Counted from the stretch's first letter, positions 10,963 through 21,950 are shown. The stretch is 64,000 nucleotides of DNA from Brevibacterium luteolum (GCF_013004595.1 NZ_JABEMC010000001.1:1-64000), one strand, 5' to 3'. A program made the numbers and translations. The notes: generated by a model not told the origin, from the letters alone.

Positions 10963-11478
10963 TCAGCTCGCCGCGTCGAGGCGGGTGCACTCGTCGATGA
11001 GTGCGGTGACATCGCCGACGAACCGTGTCGCCGCCGCGGTCGGGGCGGCCGGGTCCTGACCCGTGCGCACGGCGATCCGGGCCATCGCAGCCGCCTGGCC
11101 CGCCTCGGCGGCTTTGGTCGCTGCTTGGGACAACCTCTCCGGCAGCGGCCCGCAGGCACTGCGCACACCGGCCGGGACGACAAGACCCTCGACCGGCCAG
11201 CGCGCATGCAGCCGGCGGGTGAGCTCCGTGACCTGCCCAGCAGCCTCATTCAGCGGTGCGGTGAGAGCCGCGATCTGCTCGCCGGCATCCTGGGCGGCTT
11301 CGGTGGAGTCCCCGGTCTCGCGGCCGAGTGCGACAGCGGTCTCGTAGAAGCGGTCGACGGCGCGCATGAACCGGTCGTGGTGCTGACGCCACACCCCGGT
11401 GCCGAACTCCCGGTCGGCTTCACGCGCGGCGTGCTCGGCCGGGGAGAACAGTCCCGTCAGCCGAGACAGGATGCCCAT
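10963..11478 (-). CDS. Hypothetical helical protein
   Basis: ATG 11478 just after the bpa stop; codon usage typical of the host genes. Confidence 0.7.
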   Translation of the reverse strand: MGILSRLTGLFSPAEHAAREADREFGTGVWRQHHDRFMRAVDRFYETAVALGRETGDSTEAAQDAGEQIAALTAPLNEAAGQVTELTRRLHARWPVEGLVVPAGVRSACGPLPERLSQAATKAAEAGQAAAMARIAVRTGQDPAAPTAAATRFVGDVTALIDECTRLDAAS

Positions 11479-11485
11479 GCCGGTC

Positions 11486-12190
11486 TCAGAGGTAGTTGCC
11501 GGGTCGCTGCTCGGCCTCAGAGTCGCTGTCCCCACCGCCGTCCTCCTGGCCCATCACGACCACCCCGCGCGGCAGTGCACCGGCCTCCTGACCGGCCTGC
11601 GACTGTGCGAGCGCCTGCTGGCTCATGAGCGCGGTCTGGATACCGTGGAAGAGACCTTCGAGCCAGCCGACGAGCTGGGCCTGCGCGATCCGCAGCTCAC
11701 CGATCGACGGGGTCTCCGACTCCCCGAAGGGCAGATCGAGGCGCTTGAGCTCGTCGATGAGCTCATCGGACATGCCAGCCGAGAGCTCTTCGATCGTGCG
11801 CCGGTGGATCTCGGCCAGCCGCCCGCGGCCGGCCTCATCGAGATCGGTCTTGCGGACCTCTTCGAGCAGCTGCTGGGCCATCGTGCCCACGCGCACGATC
11901 TTGCCGGGCTCGGAGATCTTCGCCGAGCGCTCCTGCCCACCCTGCTGGCGCGCCGACTGCTCGCCCGCCTCGGCGCCGGGGGCTCGCTGGCCACCACTGT
12001 CCCGCCTCGAGGTGTCCTGCCCCGAGGTGTCCCGGCGCTGCGCCGCCTGCTCACCCTGCTGGGTGGTCTCGTCAGCGCCCGAGGCGGGGTCCGCCTCGGG
12101 GCCGGGGGTGCTGTGCCCGCCGTTGAGGCGGGCGGCTGCCTGCGCGAGAGTCTCCAGGTGCGGGGCCTGCGGGGTGGTCTCGTCGGTCAT
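11486..12190 (-). CDS. bpa: Bacterial proteasome activator (Bpa/PafE, DUF2587)
   Basis: ELRIAQAQLVGWLEGLFHGIQTAL core and C-terminal PGNYL (GQYL-like) motif. Confidence 0.92.
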   Translation of the reverse strand: MTDETTPQAPHLETLAQAAARLNGGHSTPGPEADPASGADETTQQGEQAAQRRDTSGQDTSRRDSGGQRAPGAEAGEQSARQQGGQERSAKISEPGKIVRVGTMAQQLLEEVRKTDLDEAGRGRLAEIHRRTIEELSAGMSDELIDELKRLDLPFGESETPSIGELRIAQAQLVGWLEGLFHGIQTALMSQQALAQSQAGQEAGALPRGVVVMGQEDGGGDSDSEAEQRPGNYL

Positions 12191-12217
12191 ATCGTCCTCG
12201 TCTCCTTCGTGGGGCGG

Positions 12218-13255
12218 TCAGGCGGGCTGGGCGTCATCGCCGACGCGCAGCAGCACCTTGCCGATGCTATCGCCATCTTCGAGCATCGCGTGCCCGCGTC
12301 CGGCCTCGGCCAGCGGCAGCGTGTCGTGGATGATCGGGCGGATGGTGCCGTCGAGCACGAGCGGCCAGATGTGCTGGCGGACCGTGGCGACGATGAGCGC
12401 CTTCTGCGCAGCCGGGCGGGCGCGCAGGGTTGTGCCGAGTATGTGCTTGCGGCCGGTGAGCAGGCGGGCGAGGTTGATCTCGGTCTTGACCCCGCCCTGC
12501 ATGCCGATGATGACGAGCCGGCCGTCGTTCGCCAGCGCTTTGATGTTGCGCTCGAGGTATTTCGCGCCGATGAGGTCGAGGATGACGTTCGCGCCCGGGG
12601 TGCACGAGTCGCCGGCCGGGTCGGTGGCGGGATCGGATGCGGTGATCTCGCGGATCCGGTCGACGAAGTCCTCCTCGCGGTAGTTGATGACGGCATCAGC
12701 GCCGAGTTCGCGGCAGAACGCGGCTTTGCGCTCCGAGCCGACGGTGACGGCTACGCGGGCGCCGAGCGCCCGGGCGAGCTGAATGGCGCAGGTGCCGATG
12801 CCCGAGCCGCCGCCGTGGACGAGCAGCCACTGGTCAGCGCGCAGCCCGGCCTCCATGACGACATTCGAGTACACGGTGGAGACGACCTCCGGCAGGGCGG
12901 CTGCCGCGGTGAGGTCGACGTGATCGGGGACGGGCAGCAGCTGACCGGCCGGCACGTCGACGTACTCGGCATAGCCGCCGCCGGAGAGCAGGGCGGCGAC
13001 GCGGTCGCCGGTCTTCCAGCCGGTCACTTCGGCACCGACCTCGGCGATGGTGCCTGAGACCTCCAGGCCGGGGATCTCGGTGGCGCCCTCGGGTGGGTCG
13101 TAATGGCCCTGCCGCTGCAGGATATCCGCTCGGTTGATGCCGGCGGCATGGACCTTGACCAACACGGAGCCGGGTTCGATTGCGGGAGTCTCGACGTCGT
13201 CGGAGAGCACCAGGGCCTCTGGGCCGCCGGGCTGAGGAATCGTCATAGCTCGCAT
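12218..13255 (-). CDS. NAD(P)H-quinone oxidoreductase, PIG3 family (MDR)
   Basis: GINRADILQRQGHY, PGLEVSG and HGGGSGIG motifs. Confidence 0.92.
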   Translation of the reverse strand: MRAMTIPQPGGPEALVLSDDVETPAIEPGSVLVKVHAAGINRADILQRQGHYDPPEGATEIPGLEVSGTIAEVGAEVTGWKTGDRVAALLSGGGYAEYVDVPAGQLLPVPDHVDLTAAAALPEVVSTVYSNVVMEAGLRADQWLLVHGGGSGIGTCAIQLARALGARVAVTVGSERKAAFCRELGADAVINYREEDFVDRIREITASDPATDPAGDSCTPGANVILDLIGAKYLERNIKALANDGRLVIIGMQGGVKTEINLARLLTGRKHILGTTLRARPAAQKALIVATVRQHIWPLVLDGTIRPIIHDTLPLAEAGRGHAMLEDGDSIGKVLLRVGDDAQPA

Positions 13256-13335
13256 GAGGCAAGCCTATCGCCCAGGGCTGGGTGTGCGGTCAGTATCGCC
13301 ACACGATCACGCGAGCACCGCCTCGGGCGCGGGGC

Positions 13336-14658
13336 TCAGACGAACATGCGGAACAGCGGCGAGTCGTGCGAGACCTTCTCGATCTCGAGCGGTGAGGCGT
13401 CCATCCGGGCGAGCAGACCCGGCAGGCTCTGCGCCTGGCCGAGGGTGATGCCGACGAACGCCGGGCCGGTCTCGCGGTCGGAGCGCTTCATGTACTCGAA
13501 CAGCGAGATGTCGTCATCTGGGCCGAGCACCTCGGACAGGAAGCGGCGCAGCGCACCGGGCTCCTGCGGGAAGTTGACGATGAAGTAGTGCTTGAGGTTC
13601 TCGTACACGAGCGAGCGCTCGATGACCTCCGAGTAGCGGGAGATGTCATTGTTGCCGCCGGAGACGATGCACACGACCGTCGAACCCGGCGGGATCGTGA
13701 TCGGGGCGCGCGAGTGCTTGCCGCCGATTGCCGCCGAGGCCAGCGCGCCGGCCGGTTCGGCGATGATGCCGTCGACCTGGTAGAGCTCGAGCATCTCCGA
13801 GGCCACCCGGCCCTCGGGCACCGGGTCGATGCGCAGACCGAGGTCGGCGATCATCCGGTAGGTCAGGTCGCCGGCCCGGCGCACGGCGGCGCCGTCGGCA
13901 AACGAGTCGATGTTCTCCAAGGCGACCGGGCGGCCGGCGGCCAGGGCTGCGATCATCGAGTCCGCCCCGGCGGGCTCGGCGCCGATGACCTGGGTGTCGG
14001 GCATGTGCTCGGCGGCGTAGGCGGCGATGCCGGCGAGCAGACCGCCGCCGCCGACGGGCACGATGATGAAGTCGGGATCCTCGGACAGCTGCTCGTGGAT
14101 CTCCGCGGCGATGGTGCCCTGCCCGGCGACGGTGCGCGGGTGGTCGAAGGCCGAGACGAGCAGCGCGCCGTGGGTCTCGGCGTAGTTCGCCGCCAGATCC
14201 GAGGCGTCGTCGTAGGTCGAGCCGTCGATGACGACGGTGACCTCATCGCCGCCGAAGTAGCGGATCCGGTCGATCTTCTGCCGCGGCGTCGTCTTCGGCA
14301 CGAAGATGCGGCCCTTGACGCCGAGCTCCTTGCACGCCTTCGCGAAGCCCTGCGCGTGGTTGCCGGCCGAGGCGCACACAACGCCGTGGGCGCGCTCGTC
14401 AGCGGTCAGCTGCAGGAGGAAGTTGAAGGCGCCGCGGATCTTGTACGAGCGCACGAGCTGGAGATCTTCGCGCTTGAGGTAGATCGTCGAGCCGATCGCA
14501 TCGGACAGGCGCTCGGAGATGTGCAGCGGAGAGGTGATGATGGAATCCGAAATGAGCGCAGCAGCGGCCTCGACGTCGCTGGCGGTCGGCAGGTTCCAGA
14601 TCTTCTGTTCATGAATGAGCACCTCCCCATTGTGTGCCCGCCGCTGTGGTCGTGTCAC
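13336..14658 (-). CDS. ilvA: Threonine ammonia-lyase, biosynthetic short form (start uncertain)
   Basis: KREDLQLVRSYKIRGA PLP-lysine, SAGNHAQG, VGGGGL, SGGNND, single C-terminal ACT-like domain. Confidence 0.95.
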   Translation of the reverse strand: MTRPQRRAHNGEVLIHEQKIWNLPTASDVEAAAALISDSIITSPLHISERLSDAIGSTIYLKREDLQLVRSYKIRGAFNFLLQLTADERAHGVVCASAGNHAQGFAKACKELGVKGRIFVPKTTPRQKIDRIRYFGGDEVTVVIDGSTYDDASDLAANYAETHGALLVSAFDHPRTVAGQGTIAAEIHEQLSEDPDFIIVPVGGGGLLAGIAAYAAEHMPDTQVIGAEPAGADSMIAALAAGRPVALENIDSFADGAAVRRAGDLTYRMIADLGLRIDPVPEGRVASEMLELYQVDGIIAEPAGALASAAIGGKHSRAPITIPPGSTVVCIVSGGNNDISRYSEVIERSLVYENLKHYFIVNFPQEPGALRRFLSEVLGPDDDISLFEYMKRSDRETGPAFVGITLGQAQSLPGLLARMDASPLEIEKVSHDSPLFRMFV

Positions 14659-14888
14659 GTCATGAGTCAGTTCGTGCCATATGGTGAGCAGTTTCGTGTC
14701 AGTCGGTGACGAACGACGCTTCGGCGGGCCCCGCCTCGGGACCGGACGCCGGTGCGGCGGGCACCGCCTCGGCGCTGGTCAGGCCGGGTATGCCGGGCGT
14801 GCCCTCCCGGCCGCACTGCGCGGTTTCGGTAGAGTGTGCCCTAGCGCATGATGCGAGCCCGCGCCGACGCAACGCCAAGGGGGAACAC

Positions 14889-17004
14889 GGTGGCCATCAG
14901 CAGTGAACTCGAAGGTCTGCTCTCTGCCTGGCTGCCCCGGCAGAGCTGGTTCCCCAAACTGGAGACCGAGCTCGGCGCCGACCCCGACATCACGCCGATG
15001 TCCGTCACCCGCCTGTTCGAATGGGACTCCGGCGAGGGCACCGTGCGCGGCACTCAGGCGATCATCTCCGTCGGCGACGGACGCACGCTGCGCCGCATCA
15101 ACGTCCCCTTAAGCTTCCGCACGAGCGAGAATTTCGCCCTGCGCGCCCACCTCATCGGCACCATCGATGACATCACGCTCGGCCCCTGCTGGGTATACGA
15201 CGGGTGTGCTGACCCGGTCTTCGTCATCAACTGCGCCCACGCCGCGGCCACCGCCCGCCGGTTCGAGGGCGGCCAGGTCGCAGCACACGCAGTGAGCAAC
15301 GCGATGACGAAGTTCCACCGCGTGCAGACCGAGCACCAGATGCTCGACTACGCCGCCTCGGTGCGCCTGGAGCTGCTGGAGGCCCGCGCACACGAGTCGA
15401 CCGTCGTCATCGAAGACCCCGAGAACCCCTGCGTGCTCACCTTCTTCCGCGTCGTCCAGCCGGGACTCAGCCAGGCGGTGCGGATTCCCGTCGCCCTGAC
15501 CGAGGCGGAGTCGCGCGCCGTGCCCGAGGTGATGGGGTGGGTGTCCGGCCGCTGGTTCGACGCCGAGGAGCTGGAGACCCGGTCGGCGCCGCTGGCGATG
15601 CTGTCGGTCCAGTATCCTGACTCGCAGCCGGCCTGGCGTGAGGCTGTCGACATCGCCTGTGCGGTGGACTCGGGGTCGATCGGCAGCTACAACAAGAAGG
15701 CCTCGGCGCTCGGCGCGCGGATCGGCGAGCTGCACCTGGATCTCGCTGCTGAGTTCGGTGTGGTGCGCGGGGCCGGGGAGCCGACCGAGGACTGGGTCGC
15801 CAAATGGCAGGAGCGCATCGACTGGGCGCTCGCCCGCGCGCCGCTGGCGCTCGGCGATCTGCAGGCCAAGCTCAAGGAGCACCGCACGAACCTCGGCCGC
15901 CTTGAGACAGTCGGTGCACTGCAGCGGATCCACGGCGAGCTGACGCTCAACCAGGTGCTCACCAGCCCGGTCGTCGGCTTCACCGTCGTCAACTTCTCTG
16001 CCGCCACCCAGGAGTTCCCGAAGCCTGCGGCGATCGACCTCGTCGCGCTGCTGCGCAGCATCGACTACGCCGCCGGCTATGCCCGGCTGCGCCGGACCGG
16101 CGCGCTCAAGTCCGATGCGCAGCCGACGTTCATCGGGCTGTCCGGGCTGTCGGACGGGCACGAATCGCTGCGCGAGGTTGTCGACTCGCCCGAGTACCTG
16201 TGGTCCTCACAGGCGCAGAACTCGCTGCTCACCGGCTACTCGCACGCCGTCGGCGCCTCGGTCGGACTGCACGACCCGGTGCTGCGGGCCGTGCTCATCG
16301 ACCGGCTGCTCGTCGAGGTCGTCACCGAACTGCGCAACCGCCCCACCTGGCTCATCGTGCCGCTGGCGACCCTGACCCTGCTGCTCGGCGGCCGGCTGGA
16401 GCACGACTCCCAGCGGGAGGACGATGCTGAGGGTGATGGGGCCGGCGGTGGTGCCAGTGCCCGCGGCGCCGGCGGCGCGGCTGATGCGGATGGCGCGCCT
16501 GGTGCGAGTGGCGCGGCCGGTGCGGCCACTGCGTGGAACGCCGAGGAGACCGTCAGCGCCGAGGAGTTCGCCCAGAGCGCGGTCGAGGAGATCGCCCAGC
16601 CGGCTGACCCTGTGCCCGATGCTTATGACGGCCTCGACACCGAGGTCGCCCGTGCCGAGAAGAACGGCGGGGCACCCGGAGCGGCGGATCAGACTGCGGC
16701 TGCAGAGGCACCGGCTCGACCGGCCACCCCGCCGGCAGCACCGGAACAGGCGCCCGACCCGGCACCTGCCCGGCCGGAATCCGCGGCCGACGAGCCCACC
16801 GCCTCGGGAACGGACCAGGGCAGCGAGACCGCCTCGGGAACGGGCGCGGCAAGGGAGGGCGCCACCTCGGGCACGGACGCGAACGCCGACCCCGATGACG
16901 CGGTCATCGACGAGGACGCCGACGCCGAGGCGGCCGCAGCCACCCAGTTCCCGCCGATTCCAGCCCGCCCGACGACCCTGCCGCGGTTCCCCAACCGCGA
17001 CTGA
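14889..17004 (+). CDS. Maltokinase (Mak/Pep2)-like protein with degenerate kinase motifs and a long acidic low-complexity tail
   Basis: WLPRQSWF N-terminal cap, WVYDG, QRIHG, LLRSIDYAA and ELRNRPTWLIVPL. Start uncertain (14848 or 14889). Confidence 0.8.
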
Positions 17005-17078
17005 AGTGGTTTAAACCCTCACCGGAAGTGGTCTATGCTGTGATGTGGACTTTGCGCGGTTGAGCCGCGGAAATCCAA

Positions 17079-17166
17079 GGTGAGTTGACTGAGCGGCCGA
17101 AAGTGACGGTCTTGAAAACCGTTGAAGGGCAACCCCCTTCCGTGGGTTCGAATCCCACACTCACCG
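17079..17166 (+). tRNA. tRNA-Ser(TGA)
   Basis: GGTGAGT/ACTCACC acceptor stem, ACGGT-CTTGAAA-ACCGT anticodon arm, long variable arm, GTTCGAATC; CCA not encoded. Confidence 0.97.
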
Positions 17167-17233
17167 CCGAATCACTCGGCTTTGCGTCACTGCGTGTCAT
17201 GGTGGGCACCGCAGGCGAATCGAGCACCGTCTT

Positions 17234-17608
17234 TCAGCTTAGGCGCGCCTGCAGGATGCCGAGGAACTCATCGGCGCGCTCGACCTGCCGAGCCAGCTTC
17301 TCCCGTCGCGCCTGCGCGTCGTCGAGCAGCTCCAGCAGCTGGGCGCGTGCCGCTGAACGCTCATCGTTCGTCGCGTCGCTCTCGACGATGTCGAGCAGCC
17401 TGAGCAACTGAGCCATCTCTGCGGTCGAGTAGCTCAGCGCCTTCATCCGCCGGATCGTCATGAGCCGCCGGAAGTCCTCGTCGGTGTAGACGCGGAAACC
17501 GCCCTCAGTGCGGCCGGTCGCCGGGATGAGTCCGATCTCCTCGTAATGACGGAGGGTGCGTGAGGAGAGCCCTGACTTCTCCGCCATCTCGCCGATGTGC
17601 ATGATCAT
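17234..17608 (-). CDS. MerR-family transcriptional regulator
   Basis: MHIGEMAEKSGLSSRTLRHYEEIGLI...RTEGGFRVY; GAGGGAG RBS. Confidence 0.92.
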   Translation of the reverse strand: MIMHIGEMAEKSGLSSRTLRHYEEIGLIPATGRTEGGFRVYTDEDFRRLMTIRRMKALSYSTAEMAQLLRLLDIVESDATNDERSAARAQLLELLDDAQARREKLARQVERADEFLGILQARLS

Positions 17609-17663
17609 CTCCCTCAGAGCAGGCCCGGCGTCCGGCGGCCACTGACGATCGGCCGCTTGCCCA

Positions 17664-17716
17664 TACTTTAACGCAGCGTTAAGGTTGATGCCGAACTCTG
17701 ACGTGCCGTGAAGGTT
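17664..17716. promoter_or_regulatory. Two tandem 23-bp MerR-type operators between merR and sulP
   Basis: TACTTTAACGCAGCGTTAAGGTT (17664) and AACTCTGACGTGCCGTGAAGGTT (17694). Confidence 0.7.
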
Positions 17717-17754
17717 TGCGGCAAGGGCCCTTTCATCGCTTCGAGGAGACCGCT

Positions 17755-19299
17755 GTGTCTGCACCGTCGTCTGCATCGCCGCAGCCTGCTGCCGCGACTG
17801 CTGATAATCCCACTCCCGAGGAGCGCCAGAGCGTGCGTCGGACGCTGCGCCGCCCGGGTTGGCTGAAAACCGAGGTGCTCGGCGGTCTTGTCGTCGCACT
17901 CGCGCTCATCCCTGAGGCGATCGCGTTTTCGATCATCGCCGGTGTCGACCCGCGCGTCGGTCTCTTCGCCTCCTTCACGATGGCGGTGACGACCGCGATC
18001 CTCGGCGGACGCCCGGCTATGATCTCCGCTGCCACCGGTGCGGTTGCGCTCGTCGTCGCGCCCTTAGTCGGGTCGCATGGTCTCGACTACCTCATTGCCG
18101 CCGTCATCCTCGCGGGAGCCTTCCAAGTGGTGCTGGCCCTGCTTGGTGCAGCGCGCCTCATGCGCTTCATTCCGCGCCAGGTGATGGTCGGCTTCGTCAA
18201 TGCGCTGGCGATCCTGATCTTCGTATCGCAGGTGCCCGAGCTCATCGGCGTGCCGTGGCTGGTCTACCCGCTGTGCCTGCTCGCTCTCGCCATCGTCTTC
18301 GCGCTGCCGCGGCTGACGGCCGCGGTGCCCGCACCCCTGGTCGCGATCGTCGTGCTCACGCTGCTCGTCGTCGTCTTCGGCTGGGACGTTCCCGCCGTCG
18401 GCGACAAGGGCGAACTGCCTGAGGCGCTGCCGGCCATCTTCATCCCCGAGGTGCCGCTGAGCCTGGAGACGCTTCAGGTCATCGCCCCGTACTCGTTGGC
18501 GATGGCCGTTGTCGGGCTGCTCGAATCCCTTATGACGGCGAAGCTCGTCGACGATGTCACCGACACCCGGTCGAACAAGACCCGCGAATCCTGGGCGCAG
18601 GGTGCGGCCAACATCGTCTCCGGACTCTTCGGCGGCATGGGCGGCTGCGCGATGATCGGGCAGACGATGATCAATGTCAAGGCCGCCGCTGCCCGCACCC
18701 GGATCTCGACGTTCTGCGCCGGAGTGTTCCTCCTCATCCTTATCGTCGCCCTCGGGGACGTCGTCGCTCAGATCCCGATGGCCGCACTCGTCGCCGTCAT
18801 GATCTTCGTCTCCTGGGCGACCTTCGACTGGCATTCCATCCGCCCGCACACACTGGCGCGGATGCCGAAGTCGGAGACAACCGTCATGCTCGTCACCGTC
18901 GTGGCGACTGTCTGGACCCACAATCTGGCGATCGGAGTGGTGCTCGGGGTGCTCGTGGCGATGGTCGCCTTCGCCAACCGGGTGGCGCACTTCGTGCGCG
19001 TCGACCGTGAACTGCGTGACGACGCCGGACTTTCGACCGCCTACTACACAGTCGAAGGCGAACTGTTCTTCGCCTCATCGAATGATCTGTACACGATGTT
19101 CGACTATGCCGGGGACCCCGAGCACGTCGTCATCGACATGCACCGCTCCCACCTGTGGGATGCCTCCACAGTGGCAGCGCTCGATTCGGTGACCGACAAA
19201 TACGCGACCTACGGCAAATCCGTCGACATCGTCGGACTCAACACCGCCAGCAGGCGCATGCGCGTGCGCTTGGCGGGAATGAAGCGCTCCAGCGGCTGA
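17755..19299 (+). CDS. SulP-family inorganic anion transporter with STAS domain
   Basis: [32 protein letters not shown] and [17 protein letters not shown] before the GTG. Confidence 0.95.
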   Translation: MSAPSSASPQPAAATADNPTPEERQSVRRTLRRPGWLKTEVLGGLVVALALIPEAIAFSIIAGVDPRVGLFASFTMAVTTAILGGRPAMISAATGAVALVVAPLVGSHGLDYLIAAVILAGAFQVVLALLGAARLMRFIPRQVMVGFVNALAILIFVSQVPELIGVPWLVYPLCLLALAIVFALPRLTAAVPAPLVAIVVLTLLVVVFGWDVPAVGDKGELPEALPAIFIPEVPLSLETLQVIAPYSLAMAVVGLLESLMTAKLVDDVTDTRSNKTRESWAQGAANIVSGLFGGMGGCAMIGQTMINVKAAAARTRISTFCAGVFLLILIVALGDVVAQIPMAALVAVMIFVSWATFDWHSIRPHTLARMPKSETTVMLVTVVATVWTHNLAIGVVLGVLVAMVAFANRVAHFVRVDRELRDDAGLSTAYYTVEGELFFASSNDLYTMFDYAGDPEHVVIDMHRSHLWDASTVAALDSVTDKYATYGKSVDIVGLNTASRRMRVRLAGMKRSSG

Positions 19300-19316
19300 G
19301 CCGTGGGGTGCCGCGC

Positions 19317-19772
19317 TCAGCCGGGCAGCAGTTCGGCGATGAGGGCGCGCACCCGCTGCTTGATCTCATCGCGGATCGGGCGCACCGCGTCGACTCCCAG
19401 CCCGGCTGGGTCGGCAAGCTGCCAGTCCTCGTACCGCTTGCCCGGGAAGATCGGGCACGTGTCCCCGCAGCCCATCGTGACGACGACATCGGAAGCCTCC
19501 ACCGCCTTGGCCGTGAGGATCCGCGGCGACGCTGCGGTGATGTCGACGCCGTCCTCGGCCATCGCCTCGACGGCGGCCGGATTCAGCTGCGCAGCAGGCT
19601 CCGAACCGGCCGAGCGCACCTCGATGCGCCCGTCGCTCAGCGTCGCGAGATATCCGGCGGCCATCTGTGAGCGCCCGGCATTGTGCACGCATACGAACAG
19701 CACACTCGGCCTCTCGGGAGCGGACGGACAGGTGTCCGCGCTGGGAGCCGGGTTCTGGTCTGAGATGCTCAT
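19317..19772 (-). CDS. arsC: Arsenate reductase, LMW-PTP fold
   Basis: CVHNAGRSQMA, TMGCGDTCP and DPAG motifs. Confidence 0.92.
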   Translation of the reverse strand: MSISDQNPAPSADTCPSAPERPSVLFVCVHNAGRSQMAAGYLATLSDGRIEVRSAGSEPAAQLNPAAVEAMAEDGVDITAASPRILTAKAVEASDVVVTMGCGDTCPIFPGKRYEDWQLADPAGLGVDAVRPIRDEIKQRVRALIAELLPG

Positions 19773-19785
19773 GAGTCTGCTCCTG

Positions 19786-20985
19786 TCACGACGCGCCCGC
19801 TGTGCCGGTCCGGCTCGCTGCGGCAGCCGCGCCCGAGGTGCCGGTCTGACCGGGGACGGTAGGGTCGCCTGGGAACATGCGCCGGCCGGCCCACAGGGCG
19901 ACGTAGACGAGTGCGACGAGCACCGGCACCTCGATGAGCGGGCCGACGACGCCGGCCAGCGCCTGTCCGGAGGTGATGCCGAAGGTGCCGATCGCCACTG
20001 CGATGGCGAGCTCGAAGTTGTTGCCGGCGGCGGTGAAGGCGACCGTCGTCGACTGTGCGTAATTCAGCCCCGCCGAACGCGAGGCGAACAGACCGATGCC
20101 GAACATGACGACGAAGTACGCCAGCAGCGGCACTGCGATCCGCAGGACGTCGAGCGGCTGGGCGATGATCGCTTCGCCCTGGAGGGCGAAGAGCAGCACG
20201 ATGGTGAACAGCAGGCCGTACAGCGCCCACGGGCCGATGCGCGGCAGGAATCTCTGCTCGTACCACTCGCGGCCCTTCGCCCGCTCGCCGACGACCCGCG
20301 AGAGGAACCCGGCGAGCAGCGGGATGCCGAGGAACACGAGGACTGAGGTGACGATGGTCATGAGGGAGAAGTCGGCAGCTGTCGTCGGCAGGCCGAGCCA
20401 ACCGGGCAGCACCTGCAGGTAGAACCAGCCGAGCGCACCGAAGGCGAGCACCTGGAAGACGGAGTTGATGGCGACGAGGACGGCAGCGGCCTCACGATCG
20501 CCGCAGGCGAGGTCGTTCCAGATGAAGACCATCGCGATGCAGCGGGCGAGACCGACGATGATGAGGCCGGTGCGGTACTCCGGCAGATCGGGCAATAGCA
20601 GCCAGGCCAGTGCGAACATGAGCGCTGGGCCGACGAGCCAGTTGAGGATGAGCGACAGCAGCAGGAGCCGCCGATTGGCGGTGACGCGGCGGGTCTCGTC
20701 ATACCGGACCTTCGCGAGCACCGGGTACATCATGACGAGCAGGCCGATGGCGATCGGCACCGAAACCTGCCCGATCGTCACCGCGTCGAGCGCCTCGTTG
20801 AGCCCAGGGACCAGAGCGCCGAGCAGCAGGCCTGCCCCCATCGCGAGCAGGATCCATGCTGGCAGCCAGCGGTCGAGGAAAGACATTTCCTCTAACACCG
20901 CGCCCGAGGTGGTGGCTGGGGCCGGTGCCGAGGTGGGGGTGTGGGGCGTTGTTTCGGGCACGTTCCTCCTCGCAGGCGACGTCAT
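19786..20985 (-). CDS. acr3: ACR3-family arsenite efflux transporter
   Basis: MMYPVLAKV, LARCIAMV, AAGNNFELAIA and GPLIEVPVL. Confidence 0.95.
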   Translation of the reverse strand: MTSPARRNVPETTPHTPTSAPAPATTSGAVLEEMSFLDRWLPAWILLAMGAGLLLGALVPGLNEALDAVTIGQVSVPIAIGLLVMMYPVLAKVRYDETRRVTANRRLLLLSLILNWLVGPALMFALAWLLLPDLPEYRTGLIIVGLARCIAMVFIWNDLACGDREAAAVLVAINSVFQVLAFGALGWFYLQVLPGWLGLPTTAADFSLMTIVTSVLVFLGIPLLAGFLSRVVGERAKGREWYEQRFLPRIGPWALYGLLFTIVLLFALQGEAIIAQPLDVLRIAVPLLAYFVVMFGIGLFASRSAGLNYAQSTTVAFTAAGNNFELAIAVAIGTFGITSGQALAGVVGPLIEVPVLVALVYVALWAGRRMFPGDPTVPGQTGTSGAAAAASRTGTAGAS

Positions 20986-21009
20986 GTCTCAAGGGGAGAG
21001 TACGACCTC

Positions 21010-21034
21010 ATATCGATGAATGTCAATGTATGAT
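21010..21034. promoter_or_regulatory. ArsR-type operator overlapping the divergent acr3/arsR promoters
   Basis: ATATCGATGAATGTCAATGTATGAT imperfect dyad containing -10 TATGAT. Confidence 0.6.
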
Positions 21035-21040
21035 GGCGTC

Positions 21041-21394
21041 ATGGATGACCGTCGGAATGCCGGCCCTGCCCGTCAGGCCGCAGCCGAGTGCTGCCCGCTC
21101 GCCCTCGGCCCGCTGGCTGATGCGGACGCTGACCGGATGGCGCACCGGCTCAAGGCGCTGGCAGATCCGACGCGGCTCCGGATCGTGTCCCTCATCGCCG
21201 CGCGCGGCTGCGAATCCGTGTGCGCCTGCGAACTGCTCGACGCCCTCGACGTGACCCAGCCGACGGTCAGCCACCATCTGAAGAAGCTCGTCGAGGCTGG
21301 GCTGCTGCAGCGTGAGCAGCGCGGCAAATGGGCTCACTACACCGTCGAGCGCAGTGCCTTCGCCGAACTCCAGGCCTTTCTCGCACTCGGGTGA
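21041..21394 (+). CDS. arsR: ArsR/SmtB regulator
   Basis: ECC, KALADPTRLRI, VCACEL and QPTVSHHLKKL. Confidence 0.92.
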   Translation: MDDRRNAGPARQAAAECCPLALGPLADADADRMAHRLKALADPTRLRIVSLIAARGCESVCACELLDALDVTQPTVSHHLKKLVEAGLLQREQRGKWAHYTVERSAFAELQAFLALG

Positions 21395-21513
21395 GCATCG
21401 ACGGCAGGCAGCCCACGCCTCGGGGCGGCCGAGACAGTATGCACGCCCGCGCCCAGGGGCTTCCCAGGAATGCCCCGCGGGGACTCTCAGGCGCGTCGCG
21501 TCGAGGCGCGGAT

Positions 21514-21930
21514 TCACGGCCACTGCGGCGACCGCGGCGGCTCGCCGTTCTCACCGAGAAGCGGGTCGCCGGCCGGCAGTGCCCGCCAGATGCCGAATGC
21601 CAGCAGAATGCCGAGGCAGTCGGCGATCCAGTCGCCGAACTCGCCGGACCGGCCGGGCACCGCGAACGCTTGGATGAACTCGCTGATGGCTGCGTAGGCC
21701 GACATCGCCAGCATCGTCGCCAGCGGCCGGAACCCGAGCAGCAACAGGGGAGACGTGAGTGCGGTGAAGCCCACGGCGTGCATGAGCTTGTCGAACCCGG
21801 CGAACGGCGAGGCCACACCGAAGCTGGGGGAGTAGAGGAGGAAGAGGTGCACAAAGAACACGGCCGCGAAAGTGAACCAGGTCCACTTCCGCGCCCGTGT
21901 CGAAAGGATCAGGTGCGCGACAAATCGCAT
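21514..21930 (-). CDS. VanZ-like membrane protein
   Basis: DKLMHAVGF...SEFIQ...PGRSGEFGDWIAD. Confidence 0.85.
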   Translation of the reverse strand: MRFVAHLILSTRARKWTWFTFAAVFFVHLFLLYSPSFGVASPFAGFDKLMHAVGFTALTSPLLLLGFRPLATMLAMSAYAAISEFIQAFAVPGRSGEFGDWIADCLGILLAFGIWRALPAGDPLLGENGEPPRSPQWP

Positions 21931-21950
21931 CTGACTGAGAAGAGACGCTC

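Noticed and set aside
14660..14700. Possible ilvA attenuator leader (MARTDS*)
   Set aside because: No Ile/Leu/Val codons and no terminator structure.
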